Shown here: piece after piece, positions 28,406 to 39,754 of the stretch | Position numbering within the stretch: position 1 is the first letter of the stretch | Layout: each line of letters opens with the position of its first letter | Origin: an uncultured Actinomycetes bacterium | GTDB lineage: Bacteria > Actinomycetota > UBA4738 > JACQTL01 | Assembly: GCA_963707645.1 (NCBI GenBank) | Contig: CAVPQW010000006.1 | Location: forward strand, 90,819-154,818 | Direction: 5' to 3' | DNA: 64,000 nt | Made by a program: the position numbers and the translations under genes | The notes under the pieces: generated by a model | Seen by the model: the letters and a program-made list of their open reading frames with translations, nothing else | Told to the model about the DNA's origin: nothing | The model's database searches: none

Positions 28406-28705
28406 ATGGCGAAGGGGTTCAACCTGGAGCCGCTGGAGGACCGCATCGTGGTCCGCCCCAGCGAGGAGGAGCAGACGACCGTCTCGGGCATCGTCATCCC
28501 GGACACCGCCAAGGAGAAGCCCCAGGAGGGCGAGGTCGTCGCCGTCGGCCCGGGCAAGTTCGAGGACGGGCAGCGGACGCCGATGGACGTCGCCGTGGGC
28601 GACAAGGTCATCTACTCGAAGTACGGCGGCACCGAGGTCAAGGTCGAGGGCGACGAGTACCTGGTCCTGTCGGCCCGCGACGTGCTCGCCAAGATCAAGA
28701 AGTAG
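28406..28705 (+). CDS. groES: co-chaperonin GroES
   Basis: 99 aa, ...LEDRIVV...[21 protein letters not shown].... Confidence 0.97.
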   Translation: MAKGFNLEPLEDRIVVRPSEEEQTTVSGIVIPDTAKEKPQEGEVVAVGPGKFEDGQRTPMDVAVGDKVIYSKYGGTEVKVEGDEYLVLSARDVLAKIKK

Positions 28706-30370
<1,665 letters not shown>

Positions 30371-30392
30371 GCGTCACCTCCGACGCACCACA

Positions 30393-30428
30393 GCGAAGAG
30401 GCCGGGCCGAACGGCCCGGCCTCTTCGC
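30393..30428. terminator. perfect 16-bp GC-rich hairpin between convergent groEL and 30436..30972
   Basis: GCGAAGAGGCCGGGCC-GAAC-GGCCCGGCCTCTTCGC. It could serve both strands, and the T-tract is weak. Confidence 0.7.
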
Positions 30429-30435
30429 TTCCCCC

Positions 30436-30972
30436 TCAGGCGCTCCGCCAGAACTCGGCGGTCATGATCCAGGCGTGCAGGGTGAACCTGGTCGGATGGT
30501 CGGTGAGCCACGACGCCCGAAGTGTGTACGTGCCCGGTCCGAGGTCCGTGACGAAGCCTTCCTCCGAGTGTGTCTCGAAGTTTGCCGTGCTCTCGTGCAC
30601 CGAGTCGAAGAAGTCCTCCGAGCCCAGCACGTCCGCCCCGACCCCCGGGAATCCGGGGCCGGTCAGCCTCATCGCCAGCCGGCAAGCGCCGTGCGCCCCC
30701 CCGCCGGAACACTTGTTGCTGGCGCTGAACCTCGCCAGGAGGAGCCCGTGCTGACCGTCCGGCACGGTCAGGTTGAGCTTCGCACCCCTGATCGGGACGA
30801 AGAAGCCCTGCTGCCCGCTCGTCTGCCTGTCCTCTCCGGCGACCACGTGGATCCGCTCGGCCCCCAGCGTGGCCCGTCCGGTGATCCGGTCCGACGCCAT
30901 GACCCGTTGCACCGAGAAGGCGACAACCAGGGTCACGGCGAGGGTCGCGGCGGTTCGTGCGATGCCTCTCAT
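30436..30972 (-). CDS. secreted hypothetical protein, paralog A
   Basis: Signal-anchor-like N-terminus (MRGIARTAATLAVTLVVAFS), and SD AGGAGG upstream of ATG 30972. It shares blocks with 38546..39073: TVP.G...L.ARF.A...CS.G...G.C, L.PGTYT, and W..T.E. Confidence 0.7.
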   Translation of the reverse strand: MRGIARTAATLAVTLVVAFSVQRVMASDRITGRATLGAERIHVVAGEDRQTSGQQGFFVPIRGAKLNLTVPDGQHGLLLARFSASNKCSGGGAHGACRLAMRLTGPGFPGVGADVLGSEDFFDSVHESTANFETHSEEGFVTDLGPGTYTLRASWLTDHPTRFTLHAWIMTAEFWRSA

Positions 30973-31036
30973 GTCCACCTCCTGAGGCTCGTCTGCGGGA
31001 ACTCTCGCGCAGACGCCGGAGGTGTGCAGAGGGCGG

Positions 31037-31901
31037 CTAGCCGAACGCCACGGTCGGGACGTGGACGCCGAGCACCACCAGCGAGCCCAGCCCCAGCAGC
31101 GCGACGCCGACGATCGGCGAGAGCACCTTGCCGTGCCGGCCGACCTTCTCGTAGACCATCACGGCGGTGAGGAGCGCCATCCACCACAGGTTGGCGACGC
31201 CGGCCGCGAACATCAGCAGCATCAGGGCCCAGCAGCACCCCAGGCAGAACATGCCGTGCGCGACGCCGATCCGCAGGGCCGCCTCCGCCCCCCGGCGGTA
31301 CCGCCGCAACAGGAACACGCCGGGGTGGCGGCATTCCTGCAGGCACTTCTCCTTGAGCGAGGAGAACTGGAACACGCCGGCCAGCAGGATCACGCCGCCG
31401 GCGATGAGCGTCTGGTGCTCGTTCAGCCACGGCGTGGCGTCCACCAGCCGGTGCAGGCCCGAGGTCGCCGACGAACGCGACCGCGCCGAACACGGTCCAC
31501 ACGATCGCGTACCCGCCGAGGAACGCCCCCATGACCCGCCCCGGGCGGTCCTGGTCCGCGGAGGTCCGGGCGAACAGCCGGATCATCGGCAGGCTCGACG
31601 GCAGCATCATGGCGGCGATCATGGCCTGCCACGCCACCAGGAACAGGGCGAGCGCCGCCCACGTCGGCAGCGTCCCGTGGATGAGCGCGTCGTGGTGCAG
31701 CTTCGCGCCGTCCCCGGTCGCCTCCGCCACGATCGCCAGGGCCCAGGCGACGGCGATGGCGACGACCACCGGGCCCCGTCCCCGCCACGCGGAACGGGCC
31801 GGCCCGGGCGCGGGGCCGGGCCCCGCGGCCCGCCCGGGGGCGGGCCGGGGGGCCGTCAACGCTGATGGAACTCCGGTGGTCGTCGCGACATCGCCCGCCA
31901 T
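31037..31901 (-). pseudogene. DUF2182-family integral membrane protein, one frameshift
   Basis: The N-terminal part is in ORF 30969..31901 (…WQAMIAAMMLPSSLPMI…AFVGDLG). The C-terminal part is in ORF 31037..31444 (…DATPWLNEHQ…YQFSSLKEKCLQECRHPGVFL…HGMFCLGCCWALMLLMF…). The frames meet at GGG/CCC 31458..31460. Removing one base gives ...GDLGLHRLVDATPWL.... Confidence 0.8.
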
Positions 31902-31902
31902 C

Positions 31903-32562
31903 TCAGGCCTCCGGGGTGAACTCGATCCGGTAGTCGGACTGGATCGCGTTGCGGCCCTCGAACGACCACACCATCCCGTACTGCGGGAGGTTCACGGTGT
32001 GGGACGACGCCTTCGACGCGTACGCCGGCGACCCGGGGACCGTGGAGAACAGCGTGTTCTGCAGGGTGGTCGTCGAGCCGTCGGGTCCCGTGAACGGCGC
32101 CATCTCCGAGGACACGAAGTCGCCGATCCGGAGCGTGCCCGTTCCTCCCACGATCTCGTGCGAGATCGGGGCGCGCTGGACGTCGGTGACCTCGCCCACC
32201 AGGCCGGCCAGGTCGGCGAGCGGGCCGCCCATCCGCCCGTGGTACGCGTCGAGGATGGCCTGGAACTGCTCGTCCGTGGCGCGGTCGTCCACGAACGTGA
32301 CGATCCGCCACGACCCCGGCGTCAGGACGTTCCCGGGGATCCGGACGACGTTCACCATCGACAGGCCGCCCACGTCGACGCCGCGGATGGTGCCGCTGTC
32401 GAAGTGGTACGCGACGAACGCGTCGCAGGACCCACCGTCGGGGTCCTCGCCGACCCAGCACGGGCACAGCACACCGCACGAGCACGCCTCCAGCAGCGTG
32501 CCCTCCAGCTGGTAGCCCTGGCCCGTCGACGCAGGCCTGGCCTGTTCCTCCGTGATCGCCAT
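31903..32562 (-). CDS. DUF1326-family protein
   Basis: LEACSCGVLCPCWVGEDPDGGSCD motif and a size of about 219 aa. Its stop is 1 nt from the DUF2182 start, the usual DUF1326/DUF2182 pairing. Confidence 0.8.
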   Translation of the reverse strand: MAITEEQARPASTGQGYQLEGTLLEACSCGVLCPCWVGEDPDGGSCDAFVAYHFDSGTIRGVDVGGLSMVNVVRIPGNVLTPGSWRIVTFVDDRATDEQFQAILDAYHGRMGGPLADLAGLVGEVTDVQRAPISHEIVGGTGTLRIGDFVSSEMAPFTGPDGSTTTLQNTLFSTVPGSPAYASKASSHTVNLPQYGMVWSFEGRNAIQSDYRIEFTPEA

Positions 32563-32713
32563 CAGGCATCACCCCTTCCGGTTCGAACGGCGATCGGACG
32601 GGGGCCATGGTGACGAGGGGGGTTGCAGTCGCGTTGCAATCCCGCTGCAATGGGCCCCGCGATCTTGGGCCGGACGGCTCGAGGAGGCGATGTGAGATGC
32701 GGGAGCGCAATCG

Positions 32714-33578
32714 ATGAGGGCCCGGTATCCGGACACGGACGGCTTCGTCGAGCGCGACGGCGTCAAGGTGTTCTACGAGGTCTTCGGGTCGGGCGAACCG
32801 ACCCTGCTGCTGCTCCCGGCCTGGTCGATCGTCCACTCGCGGATCTGGAAGATGCAGGTCCCGTATCTGGCTCGGCACTATCGGGTGGTGACGTTCGACG
32901 GCCGGGGCAACGGCCGGTCGGATCGTCCCGCCACCGCCGAGGCCTACGCCGACGACGAGTACGTCGCCGACGCGGTGGCGGTCCTCGACGCGACGGCGAC
33001 CGATCGGGCGATCGTGATCGGCGTCTCCGCCGGCGGCCGCTGGGCGCTCATGCTCGCGGCATCGCACCCGGAGCGGGTCGGCGGGGCCGTGTTCATCTGT
33101 CCGGCGGTCCCGCTCGGCGAGACACTCCCGGAACGGATGGTCATCGAGTCGTTCGACGAGGAGCTGGACACCGACGAGTTCTGGGCGAAGTACAACCGGC
33201 ACTACTGGGCCCGCGACTACCCGGGGTTCGTCGAGTTCTTCATGTCCCAGCTGTTCACCGAGCGGCACTCCACCAAGCCGATCGAGGACGCGGTCGGCTG
33301 GGGGCTCGAGACGACAGCGGAGACGCTGACGCTGACGCAGGTGGCGCCGGCGCTCCAGGACCGGGACGAGGCCCGGGCGCTCGCCGCCGCGGTCCGCTGC
33401 CCGTGTCTGGTGATCCACGGGCGCAGCGACCACATCGTGTCCGTCACGAAGGGGGAGGAACTCCACGCGGCCCTCGGGGAGCGGTCGACGCTCGTCGCGC
33501 TCGAGGGCGCCGGGCACGGTCCCGAGGTCCGCGATCCCGGTTCAGGTCAACCTCCTGATCCGGGAGTTCGTCGACCGC
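32714..33578 (+). pseudogene. alpha/beta hydrolase domain. It is frameshifted near its 3' end, and the corrected frame runs without a stop into the next domain
   Basis: FDGRGNGRSD, nucleophile elbow GVSAGG, ...LEGAGHGPEVRDP. After CCCGG at 33536..33540 the sensible continuation VQVNLLIREFVDRV is in the +1 frame (the frame of ORF 33579..34451). Confidence 0.75.
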
Positions 33579-34834
33579 GTGCGCCGCCCGAGCCTCGGCC
33601 GCGGACCTGGGTCCGGGCCGTCACGCCGCCCGAAGCGGGCCCTGTACATCTCCTCGCCGATCGGCCTGGGGCATGCGCGCCGCGACGTCGCCATCGCCGA
33701 CGAGCTCCGGCGGCTGCAGCCGGACCTCGAGATCGACTGGCTGGCGCAGTCGCCGGTGACCCGCGTCCTCGAGGAACGTGGCGAGCGCATCCACCCGGCT
33801 TCGGCGGAGCTCTCGAGCGAGGTCGATCACATCGACTCGGAGTCGGCGGAGCACGACCTCCACTGCTTCCAGGCGTGGCGGCGGATGGACGAGATCCTGC
33901 TCGCGAACTTCATGGTGTTCCACGACCTCGTTCGCGAGAGCGACTACGACCTGTGGATCGGGGACGAGGCCTGGGAGCTCGACTACTACCTGCACGAGAA
34001 CCCCGAGCAGAAGCGGGCCGCCTACGTCTGGCTGACGGACTTCGTGGGATGGCTCCCCATGCCCGACGGCGGGGAGCGCGAGGCGTTCCTCACCGCGGAC
34101 TACAACGCCGAGATGATCGGCCACATCGCCCGGTTCCCCCGGGTCCGCGACCGGGCCGTGTTCGTGGGCGCCCCGGACGACATCGTGCCGGACGCGTTCG
34201 GCCCGGAGCTGCCGGCCATCCGGGAGTGGACCGAGGCCCACTACGAGTTCACCGGCGACTACATCACGGGGTTCGACCCGGGCGCCTTCGACGACCGCGA
34301 GGCCCTGCGGGCGGAGCTCGGGTACGGGCCGGACGAGCGCGTGTGCATCGTCACAGTCGGCGGCTCCGGGGTGGGAACGTCGCTGCTGCGGCGGGTCGTC
34401 GGCGGCGTATCCCGGAGGCGAAGCGCCTGGTCCCCGGCCTGCGCATGGTGATCGTGGCGGGCCCCCGCATCGACCCCTCCTCGCTGCCGCGCGACGACGG
34501 GCTCGAGGTCCGCGCCTACGTGCCCGAGCTGTACCGGCACCTGGCCGCCGCCGACCTGGCCGTCGTCCAGGGCGGGCTGACCACGACGATGGAGCTCACC
34601 GCGAACGGGCGGCCGTTCCTGTACTTCCCGCTCGGCCACCACTTCGAACAGAACTTCCACGTGCCGCAGCGGCTGGCGCGGTACGGGGCGGGGCGGCGCA
34701 TGGACTACGCGGCGTCGCCGCCGGAGGCGATCGCCCGGGCCATCGCCGAGGAGATCGGGCGCGAGGTCGCCTACCGCCCGCTCGACCCGGGGGCTGTGAC
34801 CCGGGCGGCGGAGCTCATCGCCGAGCTGATCTGA
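33579..34834 (+). pseudogene. GT-B glycosyltransferase-like domain (Glyco_tran_28_C / MurG-like C-terminus), frameshifted
   Basis: RALYISSPIGLGHARRDVAIADELR... (frame of ORF 33579..34451), then ...PEAKRLVPGLRMVIVAGPRIDP...AADLAVVQGGLTTTMELTANGRPFLYFPL (tail of ORF 32714..34834). Two 1-nt insertions around 34398..34413 would restore ...LLRRVVAAYPEAKRLVPGL.... Confidence 0.7.
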
Positions 34835-37800
34835 CCGCCGGGGCGGCCGGCTCGCCGAGGACCGCGGCCGTCCGGGCCTCGAACCGGGCCCGGGACTCGC
34901 CCTGCAGCGACCCCGCCACGGCCGCCGCCGCCGCACGGGCCGCCACCCGCTCGTCGCCGGCGCGATCCGGCAGGCCCAGCGCCTGCAGGGCCCGGGACCG
35001 GACGGCCCGGGCCTCCCAGGAGAGCCGGCCGAGCCCCGTTTCCTCCGCGGCGGCGACCGCGGCAGCCGCCAGCGGCTCGGCCGCGGGGGCATCGCCGGCG
35101 GCCAGCCGGCACATGGCGAGTACCAGCGAGGCCTCCGCCCGCGGCTCCACCCATCCGAGCGCGCCGGCCGCCCGCAGCACGGGCTCCGCGAGCGATTCGC
35201 CGCGCCCCGGTGAGCCGAGGAGCACCGCCGTCCGGGCCGCGGCGAGCGCCGCGTGCGCCCCGTGGAGGAAGTTCGACCGCGGGGGCCGGATCGCGCCGGC
35301 GAGGATCGCCTCCGCCGCACGGAGGTGGGGCTCGGCCCCGTGGGTGTCGCCGCGGGCCGCCCGGGCCAGCGCGAGATGGGCGTGGCACCGGACCGTGTAC
35401 GCGTCGGCGCCGTCGCGCTCGGCCTTCCGCAACCCGGCCTCGAGGACCGGCACGGCCTCGTCCGGGTGCCCGGTTTCGGTGAGCGTCCACCCCAGCATCG
35501 CCGCCGCGAACGCGCTCCACCACGGGTGGTCCGATTCGCCGGCGTGGAACAGGGCCTGGCGCCCGACCGCGACCGCCTGTGCGTACCCGCCCCGCGACCG
35601 GTGGATCCACCCGAGGTGCGCCAGGAAGGGCGCCGTGAGCGCCTGGTAGCCGACGCGCCGGTTGAGCTCGAGCGCGGCCCGGATGCGATTGACGGCGGTG
35701 GGCCACCTCCCGCGCGCCATCGGCACGAACGCCGACTCGAACATCGCCCACTGCAGGTGCATCAGTCGGCCGGTCCGACGGGCCAGGCGCTCCAGCTCCG
35801 GTCCCACCCGCTCCAGGTCGCCGAGGTCGCCGTCGTACGCGGCGACCGTCTTGAGGCCGTCGAGCGCGTTCACGAGCGCCGCGTCGTCGCCCTGGGCTCG
35901 GGCGAGCTCCACCGCCCGGCGGGCGTGATCGCGAGCGGTCTCGAACCGGAGGTGGTTCACCGCGAGCACGGCCAGGCGGGTCAGGATGTCGGTCTCGGCG
36001 GGGCCGTCGCCGAGCTCCTCGGCGATGGTCAGAGCCTCCTCGAGGAACGGAACGCACTCCGTCGATGGGCGGCCGTGACCGATCAGCGGGTCGCCCCCCA
36101 GCTCCCGCAGGACGCGCATCTCGAGCGCCCGGTCGCCGGCCTCGCGGGCTGCGCCCAGGGCTTCGTCCTGGTCCCGGTACGCCCCCTCGAGGTCGACCAG
36201 CGCCTCGAGGACGCGGCCCCGCTCGAACCGCGCCACCGCCTGGCCGTGCCGGTCGCCCGCCTCCGTGGCGGCGTCGAGCGCCCGATCGAACATCCGGCGG
36301 GCGTCGCGGTTCGCGTACCGCGCCGCCGCGCGCCGGCCGGCGGCGAGCCACGCGTCGAGCGCGAGGTCCCAGTCCCCGGAGGCGGTGGCGTGGCGCGCCA
36401 CCGCCTCCGGGTTGGCCGCGGAGAGCGCCGCGGCGCGCCGGTGGCGCGCCGCGCGCGCGGGGGCCGGCGTGTCCCGGTACAGGATCTCCTGGATCAGGTC
36501 GTTGGCGAACGCGTAGGCGTTCCCGGCCACGACGACCAGCCGGCCCCGTCTGGCCACCTCGATCCGGCGCACCGCCTCCTCCACCGGGACCTCGAGCATG
36601 CTCGCGGCGTCGGCGGGATCGAACGTCGTGCCGAGCACCGCCGCGACGCGGAGCACCTCCTCGACCTCCGGTCCGGTGCGGCGGACCCTGGTCAGCACGG
36701 CGTCGGCCAGGGACCGAGGTACCTCCGGGCGGTCGGCCGCGGCGTCCTCGGTGAGCGCGCGCAGCATCTCGACCACGGACAGGGTGTGTCCGTTCGTCGC
36801 GGCCACGAGGCGTGCGGCGTGCGGCTCGGCGCCCATCCGCCGGGCCAGGCCGGCCACGGCGTCGGGGGAGAGCTGGCCCACCTCGAGGACGCGCGCGACC
36901 GGCCGCAGCTGGTCCAGGGCCTCTTCGCCCTCCTCGATCCGGACCGTCGCGAGGATGACGACCCGAGCCCCGCCGATCCGGCGGGCCAGGAAGTGCAGCA
37001 GCTCGACCGTCGACGAACCCGCGTTCTGGAGGTCGTCCAGGAACAGGAGCACCGGCGCCTGTTCGCCGAGCGCGACCAGGAAGGATCGCACCGCCTCGAA
37101 CGACCGGCGGCGCTCGATCCCGGCGTCCGCGGGCTGATAGCCGTGGGGACGGAGGATGGCCGCCACCTCCGGGACGACGACCCCGAGCGGTCCGGCCTCG
37201 TCGCCGACGGCGCGACGGAGATCGTCGGGCGGGAGTGCGAGCGCAACGGAGCGCAGCGCGTCGGCCACCGGCTGGAGGAACAGCGAGCGCTCCGCTTCGA
37301 AGCACCGGGCCCGGGCGACGACCCCGCCCGTGCTCGCCGCGAGATGAACGGCCTCCTCTGCGAGCCGCGACTTCCCGATGCCGGCCTCGCCCACCAGCAG
37401 CACCAGGGCGGGCCGTCGGCCGGCGGCGTCGGTCCAGATGGCGGTGAGCTCGGCGGTCTCGGCCGACCGTCCCACGAAGGCCCCGTCGCCCGGGGAGGGG
37501 GGAGCCGCAAGCGCGTCGGGCTCTCCACGCGCATCGGGGACGCCACGCCGCTCGGAGGCATGCCCGCGACGGGGGCCGCAGGGGCGTCGTGGGCCGGCCG
37601 CTCCGCCGCCGCAGCGGCCCCGCCCTCGCCCTCGCCCCGGAGGAGGGCGAGGTGCAGGTCCCTCGTCTCGGAGGACGGATCCGCGCCGAGCTCATCCGCC
37701 AGCGAGGACCGGAGGCGCTCGTAGGCATCCAGGGCTGCGGCGTCGTTGGCCGTTCGGTGGTGGGCCGTCATGAGCGCGCGGGCGGCCTCCTCGTCGAGGG

Positions 37801-38398
37801 GATCCGCCCCGGCCGCGGCCCCGGCCGCCTCCAGGGCCGCATCCGCGTCGCCCACCTCGAGGGCCGCCCGCCACGTCGCGCGTCGGGCCTCCCGCAGGAC
37901 CCGATCGGCCGCCGTTCGAACGTCGTCGACCCAGATCGCGTCGGGCTCACCTTCCAGGACGGCCCCGGCGAGCAGCGCGCTCGCCCGGCGGGCGGCCGCG
38001 AGCGCCAGCGCTGGCTCGGCGCCCGCGAGCCGGGCCCTCGACTCCTCCGTCAACCGGGCGGCGACGTCGAGATCCACGTCCACCGGCCCCACCACCAGGC
38101 GGTAGCCGTTGCGGTCGCCCCCGATGGCCTCCGCGCCCAGGACGCCCCGGAGACGGCTGACGAGCGAGGCCACGTTCTGCTCGTACCGCGGCGGCGGGTC
38201 GCCTGCCCACAGGGCGTCCGCGATCTCGTCCGCGGGGAGGGACCGGCCACGGCGGGCGGCCATCAGCTTGAGCAACTGCCTGCCCTTGCGGCTTCCCACC
38301 TCGCCTTCCGACAGGGTCCGGCCTCCGCGCACCACGCGGAACGGGCCCACCAGGTGGATCAGCGCGGGTTCGGGTGGCATCGATCCCTCGGCCAACAT
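34815..38398 (-). pseudogene. AfsR-like regulator: SARP (OmpR-type wHTH + BTAD) - NB-ARC-like P-loop - TPR, with a frameshift in the linker
   Basis: SARP/BTAD part in ORF 36692..38524 (LIHLVGPFRVVRGG...LLKLMAARRGRSLPADEIADALW...GYRL...AARALMTAHHRTANDAAALDAYERLR). NTPase/TPR part in ORF 34815..37475, whose frame is open upstream (…PSPGDGAFVGRSAETAEL…LLVGEAGIGKSRLAEE…LFLDDLQ). The frame switch is somewhere in 37476..37640 (a candidate run is 37518..37520). Start is ATG 38398 or 38380. Confidence 0.8.
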
Positions 38399-38545
38399 CG
38401 CCCCCAGGGAGGGTTGGGCGGCGGCAAGCCTAGCGCGGGAGGTGGCGGAGGGCCGGGCGCCGCAGGCGCCCGGCCCCCTCCGAGCTCGCTTCCCCGGATC
38501 GAGGCGGGGGATAACGCCACGCACGCCCTACGGCGAAGCCTGAGT

Positions 38546-39073
38546 TCAGACGTCCACGCGTTCGACCGTGAGATGCCAGTCGGTGATCTCGAGGATCATC
38601 AGTGAGCTCGTCACCCTGGCCTGGACCTTGACCGTGTACGTGCCCGGACGGAGCGGCGCGCTCGAGCGGTCGAGCGCCATCGAACGGATGCCCGCGGCCA
38701 GGCCCCCGGTGACGGTGTCCACGATCGTCCCGCCGGGACCGGGCTGGAGCTCGTTGCCGCCGAGGAGGATGCGGGCCATGCAGTGACCGTTTGGGTTCCC
38801 GTCGCCGGCGGAGCAATCCTCCTGCGCCGTGAACCGGGCCACGAGGAACGAACGATGACCCGCCGGAACCGTGATCTTCGTGGTCGCCCCGACGATGTCG
38901 TCGAAGGCTGTGCTGCTCGAGTGAAACACCTCCGTGCCGCGGGCGACGTTGACCCGTTCCACCGAGGTGCCGCCGACGCCGGTCGCGGCGACCGACGACC
39001 CGACGGCGATGCCGGCGCATGTGGCCACCACTGCTACCACGACCAATCCGACGACGAACGCGCGAGGTTTCAT
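38546..39073 (-). CDS. secreted hypothetical protein, paralog B
   Basis: Signal peptide MKPRAFVVGLVVVAVVATCAGIAVG and a strong SD GGAAGGAGG. It shares conserved blocks and two Cys with 30436..30972. Confidence 0.75.
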   Translation of the reverse strand: MKPRAFVVGLVVVAVVATCAGIAVGSSVAATGVGGTSVERVNVARGTEVFHSSSTAFDDIVGATTKITVPAGHRSFLVARFTAQEDCSAGDGNPNGHCMARILLGGNELQPGPGGTIVDTVTGGLAAGIRSMALDRSSAPLRPGTYTVKVQARVTSSLMILEITDWHLTVERVDV

Positions 39074-39266
39074 GAATCCTCCTTCCGGGGCGCGGGCGCG
39101 CAGGTCCGGCGATCCGCGCCGGATCGACTGCGCCTCGAACGTAGGACGACGGAGGCCGGCTCCGAGGGGTCAGACGTCCCCGCGAGACAGGGCCTCACGG
39201 CGATGTCGAGGGTGCCCGGCGGGGATCGGCAGCACAGGCCGGAAGGAGGTCGGGGCCTCTCGGGGG

Positions 39267-39665
39267 TCACGGGAGGGGGCGGTCCTGGCCGGTCTTGCCG
39301 ATGCCCCACAGCAGCCCGGCGGTCAGCGCGCCGTTCACCACGGCGATCAGCCACCACAGCACGGCGGACGAGCCCGGGTCGAGGCCGAAGAGCGCGTTGA
39401 GCGCCGCGACGACCGCGATCAGGCCCTCGACGATGACGAACGCCCAGGACCACCACCACACCTCGTTCGACCGCTGGGCCACGAGCACCTGGAGCATGGC
39501 GAGGCCGAGGGCCTGGATCCCCCCGATCCGCACCCATGCGTACTCGGGCAGCGCGACCTGTCCGAACATCGACTTGGTCACGAACTTCGGCAGGATCGCG
39601 AGGGCCAGGCCGACCAGCACGTTGACCGCCGCCATGAGATAGAGGAACCGCCGCAGGACGCGCAT
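39267..39665 (-). CDS. small integral membrane protein (4 TM), unknown function
   Basis: 132 aa with four hydrophobic helices (…AAVNVLVGLALAIL…, …GIQALGLAMLQVLV…, WWWSWAFVIVEGLIAVVAAL, LWWLIAVVNGALTAGLLW). Confidence 0.6.
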   Translation of the reverse strand: MRVLRRFLYLMAAVNVLVGLALAILPKFVTKSMFGQVALPEYAWVRIGGIQALGLAMLQVLVAQRSNEVWWWSWAFVIVEGLIAVVAALNALFGLDPGSSAVLWWLIAVVNGALTAGLLWGIGKTGQDRPLP

Positions 39666-39754
39666 CGCGTCGGGATTCTAGGGGGTGGCGTTTTCGAGGG
39701 ACCGTCGCTAGGGTTGCTGCCGCTTCGCACCCCCCCAGCGAAGGGAGAACGACA

